A stretch of DNA of 64,000 nucleotides from an uncultured Schaedlerella sp. (GTDB taxonomy: Bacteria > Bacillota > Clostridia > Lachnospirales > Lachnospiraceae). Under the pieces are notes generated by a model that did no database searches, had not been told where the DNA came from, and worked only from the letters and a program-made list of their open reading frames with translations. The stretch is from positions 29,958-93,957 of the forward strand of contig CAUWKK010000003.1 of assembly GCA_963559385.1 (NCBI GenBank), written 5' to 3'. Below are positions 58,162-64,000 of this stretch, in pieces. A program made the position numbers and the translations under genes. Within the stretch, counting starts at the first letter, position 1. Each line of letters opens with the position of its first letter.

Positions 58162-59211
58162 ATGGCAAGAATTGACAGCATTTTCAAAACAGAGACAAAG
58201 AAAACAGAACCACATCCAAAGCGGATCACGAAATGGATCCATTATTCCAAGATAAAAGTTGACGATAACAATTATCGCTTTGGAAAAACAGGGGAAGAGG
58301 TGGCGCTGACAAGGCAGCGTGTACAAGCTCTGGCAGATTTGATTTCAATTGACGGAGAAGTGCTGCAGGATTTACTTGTGCGAAAGATAGATACGGATGA
58401 ATATGAAATCATTGTAGGAAATCATCGTTATCTTGCCTGTAAAGAGCTGGTTGAGGTCAGAGGGAGATCGGAATTTGAATTTTTACCCTGCATCGTTATG
58501 AACATTTCCAAAGTGCGTGAACGCTTTATGAAAGTTTCTTCAAATGGTTACGATCAGAAAACAGACTATGAAATCATGACGGAGATTGAAGAAGAAAAAT
58601 ATCTGCTGACACATTATCCGGAAGAGTTTCCGGACATCGATCCGGGACCTGTGATCGATCGGTTGGTACAGGCAACCGGAAGAAAAAGGAGTACGATAGG
58701 GGAGTATTTAAAAATAAGTAAAAATCTAAGTCCGGAAGCAATGATGGCATTTAAGCAAAAAAGGCTGAATAAAAGTGCGGCGGTGGAAATGGCATCTTTT
58801 ACAGAACAAGAACAGAACGAGCTTTTAGAGCAGGGGATCACAGAGCGAAAAAGCCTTTTGAAGCGTAAGGAGCAGAAAGCAAAATCAGAAGCAGAGAAGC
58901 CGATGCCGAAATTCGGCAAACTGCTGGATATGAAAAATATGGAGGAACGGGAAGCCTTTGTAAATTCGTATCATGACTGGAAAGTATGGTGCAGAAACAA
59001 GTATACGGAAGAGGTTTTTTACCGATATGATCTGCCGGATAGATCGGCAATTATAGTCAAGGAATATCCATATGTATTGGATTGGAATCAAGAAGAACGG
59101 ATAGGAACAGAACTGTATTTGTGGCTTCCGGATACCAAACATTTTCACGATACAAAATCAAATATGACGGAGGTTAAGGAACATTTGAAAAGTATAAGAA
59201 TGAAAAGCTGA
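58162..59211 (+). CDS. parB: ParB/Srx-domain partition protein
   Basis: ParB N-terminal fold (LLVRKIDTDEYEIIVGNHRYLACKEL) plus an HTH (RKRSTIGEYLKISKNL). Lies directly downstream of parA. Confidence 0.85.
   Translation: MARIDSIFKTETKKTEPHPKRITKWIHYSKIKVDDNNYRFGKTGEEVALTRQRVQALADLISIDGEVLQDLLVRKIDTDEYEIIVGNHRYLACKELVEVRGRSEFEFLPCIVMNISKVRERFMKVSSNGYDQKTDYEIMTEIEEEKYLLTHYPEEFPDIDPGPVIDRLVQATGRKRSTIGEYLKISKNLSPEAMMAFKQKRLNKSAAVEMASFTEQEQNELLEQGITERKSLLKRKEQKAKSEAEKPMPKFGKLLDMKNMEEREAFVNSYHDWKVWCRNKYTEEVFYRYDLPDRSAIIVKEYPYVLDWNQEERIGTELYLWLPDTKHFHDTKSNMTEVKEHLKSIRMKS
58904..58918. repeat. Palindrome TGCCGAAaTTCGGCA, copy 3, inside the parB coding sequence
   Basis: Perfect 7+1+7 inverted repeat. 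Confidence 0.9.
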
Positions 59212-59292
59212 TACACCGGCAGATAAATGGAGAAGCAGGGCTAACCAGAAATCAACTGATGAAAGAGGGGAGAAAGGAGGATAGATGATGGA

Positions 59293-59523
59293 ATGAAAAA
59301 AACATTGAAAAATATAATGTTTTTTGTATTGGATATTTTATTTGTTCTAATTATTTTTTATGTATTATCTGTTGAAATAAAGATTTTTATAAATTATTGG
59401 GGGACAGAAATGTTTCTAGCAAATGATTTATGTTTATTGGCTGTTTTATCTTTAGTCAGGGGTGCTTTATTAAAATGTATGCCCAGTAGAGTATTGAGAG
59501 AAAACCACCGAAAAAAACAATAA
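59293..59523 (+). CDS. Small hydrophobic protein, 76 aa
   Basis: Two TM-like segments in very AT-rich DNA. It converges on a minus-strand ORF and overlaps it. Confidence 0.35.
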   Translation: MKKTLKNIMFFVLDILFVLIIFYVLSVEIKIFINYWGTEMFLANDLCLLAVLSLVRGALLKCMPSRVLRENHRKKQ

Positions 59524-60089
59524 ATTTGCGAAAAATATATTTACATTTTTCGTCCCAAAAAGGTGTGTTGAAAATGGGAGAAAAAATGTATCCAATTAAT
59601 TCGTTTATGGCAAATACTAGATAGGCAATGTAAAAAACCAATACGATAAAATTTATCGCATACATAAAATTGTAAGTCAATGAGGTTGTATCTATTGAAG
59701 TAAGTTGACTTATAACGGGCTGTTTCATATACAAAGGAAGCTTCAAATAATAAGGAAACTCCAAAATGCGTTGGTTTTGAAAATGAAAATACTCTATACA
59801 TGAAACTACCTATAGCTATACCCACTATAGAGAAATATATAGAATAATATAAAAATTTTTTTACAAATGAGGTATTATGAAGGACAATTTCATTAGGGTT
59901 TTCTAGTAATGGTGGAGTAGAATTTTGGGGAGATTCTACATAAATATTAGTGTTTATCTGTTGGTGTATGGTTGGCTTGGAAGATATAACACTGATTAAG
60001 GATATAACAAGGGATATTAGTGTAGTGATTATTGTAAAAAGATTCATATTCATTAGCACATCTCCTTCGGAATACTGCTCTGGTAACAT
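59456..60089 (-). CDS. Membrane protein encoded in two overlapping minus-strand frames, possibly frameshifted
   Basis: Frame A (60053 down to about 59740) has two TM helices. Frame B (59764-59456) continues with two more TM-like helices, whereas the distal part of frame A looks like junk. Confidence 0.4.
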
Positions 60090-60165
60090 TTTAAATTATA
60101 CGTCTATTTCAGTCAATAGTATACATTTTTTCCAAGTTGGCTATCAAGGATAGCCAGCTTTAGAA

Positions 60166-61122
60166 ATGAGGATAAAAATGGATAAGTTAATTGATTTGAA
60201 TGCTTATCCGGTCAGTAAAAACCTTAAAGCGTTGCTGAAGGATAAGACAACAAAGAAAAATATTATATTTGCAACACCGGTATATAGTTCCAAAGGCATT
60301 CCAATCAAGGAAACTGAGCAGATGACAGAAGAAATCTTAAAGGGATTTGCACAGTATGAGATACAGCCTAGGGTGTTAAAGAACAGGGAACAACAGCAGG
60401 AACGCACCAGAGCGAAAGCAGAGGTGTTTACGCCATCATGGATTTGCAACAAAATGAATAACCACTGTGATGAGGAGTGGTTTGGAAGAAAAGATGTTTT
60501 CAATATTGAACAGGATCAGAAGTGGCAGGTAAACACAGAAAAAGTGGAGTTTGACACAGAGGATGGATGGAAAAAATATGTCGATTCAAAAAGGCTTGAG
60601 ATTACTTGTGGAGAAGCTCCATATATTGCATCACGCTATGATGCAGCTACTGGAGAACTACTTGGGATAAAGCAGCGAATAGGAATTTTGGACAGAAAAC
60701 TGCGTGTGGTAAATGAAAACACAGTCGATGAAACAGAATGGTTCAAATGGGGACTTCGAGCATATCAGAGTGTGTATGGTTATGAATTTCAAGGGGACAG
60801 TCTTTTGATTGCAAGAATCAATTTACTCATAACTTTTGTGGATTATATGCAGGACAGGTGGGGCAGAACTCCAACAGATGCAGAACTGCGAAAGATTGTA
60901 AATGTTATTGTCTGGAACCTGTGGCAGATGGATGGAATATCCGGGACAGTTCCTTTCGGAATGCCCAAAGAGGAATATCATCAATTCAGTTTATTTGATT
61001 TTGGGGTAGCAGATGAGCTGGAAAAACAGGATACAGAAGAACCGGAAGAAGTATACTGCCGGATATATGACTGGCGCAGCGATAAGTCGTTGACGTACAA
61101 AAGCATGAAGGAAGGTAGATGA
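60166..61122 (+). CDS. N-terminal half of a gamma-class N6-adenine DNA methyltransferase (target-binding/AdoMet-site region)
   Basis: AEVFTPSWICNKMNN (xVFTP motif), LEITCGEAPYI (a divergent motif I) and YGYEFQGDSLLIARINL (motif II/III-like). It ends TGA 1 nt before the next ATG. Confidence 0.65.
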   Translation: MRIKMDKLIDLNAYPVSKNLKALLKDKTTKKNIIFATPVYSSKGIPIKETEQMTEEILKGFAQYEIQPRVLKNREQQQERTRAKAEVFTPSWICNKMNNHCDEEWFGRKDVFNIEQDQKWQVNTEKVEFDTEDGWKKYVDSKRLEITCGEAPYIASRYDAATGELLGIKQRIGILDRKLRVVNENTVDETEWFKWGLRAYQSVYGYEFQGDSLLIARINLLITFVDYMQDRWGRTPTDAELRKIVNVIVWNLWQMDGISGTVPFGMPKEEYHQFSLFDFGVADELEKQDTEEPEEVYCRIYDWRSDKSLTYKSMKEGR

Positions 61123-61123
61123 G

Positions 61124-62152
61124 ATGAAGTTTGATTTTGCTATAGGGAATCCACCATATCAGGAGGAGACTGAAAATAATGGTAGACAAAGTCCAGTGTA
61201 TAATAAATTCATGGATGAAGCGTATAAGATTGCAAGTTGTGTAGAACTGATAACACCAGCAAGATTTTTGTTTAATGCTGGTCAGACACCAAAATCGTGG
61301 AATGAGAAGATGCTGAATGATAAGCACTTTAAGGTATTACAGTATGAACCCAATGCGTCAAAAGTATTTCCAAACACTGAAATAAAAGGTGGGGTAGCAA
61401 TTACAATAAGAGATGAAATGAAATCTCCAGGAGCTATAAAAGTGTTTACCTCACATCCTGAATTAAATCATATTGTAAAGCGTATAGTTTCATATGATGG
61501 AAATTCTGAGTATTTGGATAGTATTATTTCTCCTAGAGGTTGTTATAGAACAACGGAGTTATTTTTTGAAGATTTTCCCTATGCTTCAGATAGACTAGGT
61601 GCTGGAACAGGAAACATGATTGCATCTAATTTCTTTGAAAGAATACCAGAAGCATATAAAACTGAGATTCAAAATAATAAAGAATATATTGGAATTTTAA
61701 GCAGAGTAAATAATAGAAGAACTGTATGTTTTATGAAAAGAAGCTATGTTAAAGATAATAATTTCATTGATAAATATAATGTGGCATTTCCAAAGTCGAA
61801 TGGAAACGGGGTATTTGGAGAAGCACTAACAGCAACAGAAATAGTTGCACCTAATGAAGGTGCGACAGATACATTTATCAATATAGGTGCATTTGATACA
61901 TTGTTTGAAGCAGAAGCAATGACAAAATACATAAAAACAAAATTTTTGAGAGCTTTATTAGGTGTAAAAAAGGTTACGCAGGATAATCCTAAAGGAGTTT
62001 GGAATATGGTACCGATCCAAGACTTCACCGAAAAATCCGACATTGACTGGTCTGTCTCCATAGCAAACATAGACAAACAGCTTTATAAAAAATACGGACT
62101 TTCTGAGGAAGAAATTTCATTTATTGAAAATAATGTAAAGGAGCTGGAATAG
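61124..62152 (+). CDS. C-terminal half of the same methyltransferase (Eco57I-type catalytic NPPY region)
   Basis: It begins MKFDFAIGNPPYQ, which is motif IV with its usual FD..IGNPPY context, followed by ITPARFLF. Confidence 0.75.
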   Translation: MKFDFAIGNPPYQEETENNGRQSPVYNKFMDEAYKIASCVELITPARFLFNAGQTPKSWNEKMLNDKHFKVLQYEPNASKVFPNTEIKGGVAITIRDEMKSPGAIKVFTSHPELNHIVKRIVSYDGNSEYLDSIISPRGCYRTTELFFEDFPYASDRLGAGTGNMIASNFFERIPEAYKTEIQNNKEYIGILSRVNNRRTVCFMKRSYVKDNNFIDKYNVAFPKSNGNGVFGEALTATEIVAPNEGATDTFINIGAFDTLFEAEAMTKYIKTKFLRALLGVKKVTQDNPKGVWNMVPIQDFTEKSDIDWSVSIANIDKQLYKKYGLSEEEISFIENNVKELE

Positions 62153-62153
62153 C

Positions 62154-62447
62154 ATGAATAAACCTAATATTCAGACAACCAAACAGGTAGTTCCAATGCT
62201 TTATGGCTATTCCACTCCGGAAGTGATTCGTCATAATGGTTGGACGAAGATAGGATATACAGAGCAGGATGTAGAAACTCGTATCAATCAGCAGACACAT
62301 ACTGCCGACATTAAGTGGAAGCTCGAATGGAAAGGAAATGCCACTTTTGATGATGGTTCAGGAGAGACATTTATAAATATTATGAAAAGCCGAGAGAAGA
62401 AGAGACGGGAGAATCTTATGTTATTGTTTTGGATAGTGTTTTATTGA
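62154..62447 (+). pseudogene. Remnant N-terminus of a GIY-YIG/T5orf172-like nuclease(-helicase) partner gene
   Basis: GWTKIGYTEQDVETRINQQT matches the T5orf172/Mug113-type KIGxT....R pattern. After ...DGSGETF the sequence becomes basic/hydrophobic filler and stops at 97 aa. Confidence 0.45.
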
Positions 62448-62490
62448 TGTGTATAACCAGCATAGAAATACAAAAGAAAGGGGCTATGGT

Positions 62491-62700
62491 ATGCGACTGA
62501 AAAAAGAGACAAGAAAAAAATTATTTAAGCTGTTTCAAATGTTGATCGGAATGGTGATGATCAAACTTATTGATTACTTTTTACATGGGAATACCGTTGG
62601 TATTATAGTAAATCTGCTCATTACGATCTATGTTCTTTATCTCGCAATTACATTGTTATATGGAAAGTCCGCTGCTTGCGAAGAAGAGGATGAACAGTAA
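62491..62700 (+). CDS. Small two-TM protein, 69 aa
   Basis: AAAGGGG RBS. TM segments LFQMLIGMVMIKLI and GIIVNLLITIYVLYLAITLL, with an acidic tail. Confidence 0.45.
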   Translation: MRLKKETRKKLFKLFQMLIGMVMIKLIDYFLHGNTVGIIVNLLITIYVLYLAITLLYGKSAACEEEDEQ

Positions 62701-62804
62701 CGGATTTACCGTCCTGCAGAGGTGCTTCCTACCGTTGTATCTGCTGTGGCTGCGAAAGTACAGGACGGACTGCATATCAGAAATGATATGCATGTATGTT
62801 TTCG

Positions 62805-62837
62805 GCATCCGGCGGTAGTTCTCCACTTGCCGGATGC
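62805..62837 (+). other. Hairpin upstream of repA
   Basis: GCATCCGGC (62805-62813) pairs with GCCGGATGC (62829-62837). It overlaps a TTCGGCAT half-site (62801-62808). Confidence 0.5.
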
Positions 62838-62928
62838 ATAAGAAACAAAGAGGAATGAACGAGCAGAGGAAAAAGGAGGGAATAGAAAAAATTTAGTTGG
62901 GAAATAAAATGTACAAAGGGGAAAGGGC

Positions 62929-63975
62929 ATGACAGATTACTTATATTATTATGGTCAGGATGTAGAGCAGTTCACGTTCTTCCGACTTCCCAAAAAGCTA
63001 GTCAGAGATAAGCAGTTTCAAAATCTGTCCTCAGATGCGAAAATATTGTATGGCATTCTAATGGATCGGATGACATTATCCTTAAAAAATAACTGGATCG
63101 ACGAAGAGGGAAGAGTGTATATCATATACCGTGTAACGGAAATTATGGAAGAACTGGGATGTTCAAAGAGAAAAGCCATGACGTTACTGGCAGAATTAAA
63201 TGATTACGGACTGATCGAGCGGAAGCGGCAAGGATTGGGAAAACCAAATTTAATTTATGTAAAGAACTTTAACAGTGGTATGGATCGAAAGGTTTCGTGT
63301 AAAGCTGAATATGAAAATGACGAAAAATCTGTAAATACAGAGAGGATTGAAGCGGAAGAAGAGGTTCGGGAGCAAAAAAATGACCCCTTAGATCCAGAGG
63401 GAGAAGTGGACCCATTCCAGAGGTGCAGGAACGTGCACCTCCAGAAGTGCAAGAACGTGCACCTCCAGAAGTGCAAGGATGTGCACCTCCAGAAGTGCAA
63501 GGATGTGCACCACATAAACGAGACTGAGTATAACGAGAATAATAATATAAATAATCCATCTATCTATCCAATATCTATAAATAATATAAAGAGCATGCCT
63601 ACAGAGGACAGATGGACAGATAGAGATCTGGTTTTACATACCCTGCATAAAAAACTGGCTTATGATATTCTCATTTGTGATATGCCGGAGAAGAAAGCGC
63701 AGATACGGGAAATTTTTGAATTAATGGCGGACGTCTGCTGCTGTACAGGAGAAATACAAAAGTTGGGAGATAACAGAATACGGACGGAAGAATTTCGGAA
63801 ACGATTCTTTCAGCAGATGACTTCGGAGCATATCCGGTATGTATTACAGCAGTTGGCAGATCGAACAGGGAAAATCAAAAATATCAGGGCATATATGCTG
63901 GCATGTCTGTATAATGCCACGGTAAGTATGATCAACAGCTATCAACTCGACTATCAGGCAAGATATGAGGGATAG
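62929..63975 (+). CDS. repA: Replication initiator protein, RepA_N family
   Basis: FFRLPKKLVRDKQFQNLSSDAKILYGILMDRMTLSLKNNWIDEEGRVYIIY...RQGLGKPNLIYV is the classic RepA_N signature. Confidence 0.9.
   Translation: MTDYLYYYGQDVEQFTFFRLPKKLVRDKQFQNLSSDAKILYGILMDRMTLSLKNNWIDEEGRVYIIYRVTEIMEELGCSKRKAMTLLAELNDYGLIERKRQGLGKPNLIYVKNFNSGMDRKVSCKAEYENDEKSVNTERIEAEEEVREQKNDPLDPEGEVDPFQRCRNVHLQKCKNVHLQKCKDVHLQKCKDVHHINETEYNENNNINNPSIYPISINNIKSMPTEDRWTDRDLVLHTLHKKLAYDILICDMPEKKAQIREIFELMADVCCCTGEIQKLGDNRIRTEEFRKRFFQQMTSEHIRYVLQQLADRTGKIKNIRAYMLACLYNATVSMINSYQLDYQARYEG
63417..63512 (+). repeat. Four tandem 24-bp repeats inside repA (candidate iterons)
   Basis: CCAGA(G/A)GTGCA(G/A)G(A/G)A(C/T)GTGCACC(T/A) occurs four times at 63417, 63441, 63465 and 63489. 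Each copy contains GTGCAC and encodes Q(R/K)C(R/K)(N/D)VH(L/H). Confidence 0.92.
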
Positions 63976-64000
63976 CACAGTCAACGTAAAACGCAAGGAT

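Larger units (their letters stand above)
52713..64000. mobile_element. One end of an integrated plasmid-like or ICE-like element, continuing beyond the window
   Basis: An abrupt switch from catabolic genes to ssb, a sigma-like regulator, parA, parB, a DNA methylase and a RepA_N initiator, together with many small unknown ORFs, patchy AT-rich segments and a truncated host gene at the boundary. Confidence 0.75.

Noticed and set aside
62909-62932. A 7-codon upstream ORF (MYKGERA) overlapping the repA start through an ATGA.
   Set aside because: It has no RBS at a suitable distance, whereas repA has its own purine-rich RBS. It is most likely fortuitous.
63417-63512. Whether the 24-bp repeats could be a CRISPR array.
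   Set aside because: The repeats are directly contiguous with no spacers, there are only four units, they sit in-frame inside repA, and there are no cas genes.
63255-63559. Two minus-strand ORFs (86 and 96 aa) with repetitive CTSLHFWR / GAHPCTSG peptides.
   Set aside because: They are artefacts of the palindrome-containing tandem repeats read on the opposite strand of repA.
52713-64000. Whether the element is a prophage.
   Set aside because: No capsid, tail, terminase, portal or lysis genes are visible. The ParAB plus RepA_N content points to a plasmid or ICE lineage, although the unseen part could change this.

Overview
A 64 kb chromosomal segment that looks like a Clostridia/Lachnospiraceae-type Firmicute: strong GGAGG ribosome-binding sites, tightly packed operons and GC-rich stem/T-tract terminators. 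It has three parts. (1) 1-30.2 kb holds housekeeping and envelope genes. These are an FtsX permease with a giant coiled coil plus an OmpR/HK pair, hisHF, ung, a MacB-like ABC system with a surface protein, an MBOAT/DHHW/SGNH acylation cluster, a pseudouridine synthase, ligA, a divergent clpX, an S8 peptidase, lspA, nudC, hemerythrin, pyrC and an NhaC-type antiporter. (2) 30.6-52.7 kb is an accessory sugar/Amadori-compound catabolic island. It has two highly similar BtpA/SgcQ genes, each behind a near-consensus promoter and a conserved leader. It also has two FrlD-like kinases, FrlB/FrlA/FrlC-like genes, two FGGY kinases, two amidohydrolases, three TIM-barrel isomerases, an RPE-like epimerase and four GntR/HutC regulators. 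(3) 52.7-64 kb is one end of an integrated plasmid-like or ICE-like element that appears to have cut off the 3' end of a class II aldolase gene. It carries ssb, a sigma-like regulator, parA, parB and a RepA_N initiator containing four 24-bp tandem repeats. It also carries a thrice-repeated TGCCGAAWTTCGGCA palindrome, an adenine methyltransferase split into two abutting ORFs, a truncated nuclease/helicase N-terminus, and several AT-rich ORFs of unknown function. The most promising places for undescribed biology are the element's unknown cargo block (53.1-56.2 kb), the split methylase with its dead partner, and the BtpA/SgcQ-headed operons. No rRNA, tRNA or CRISPR array was seen. All homology statements come from motif recognition by eye and need database confirmation.
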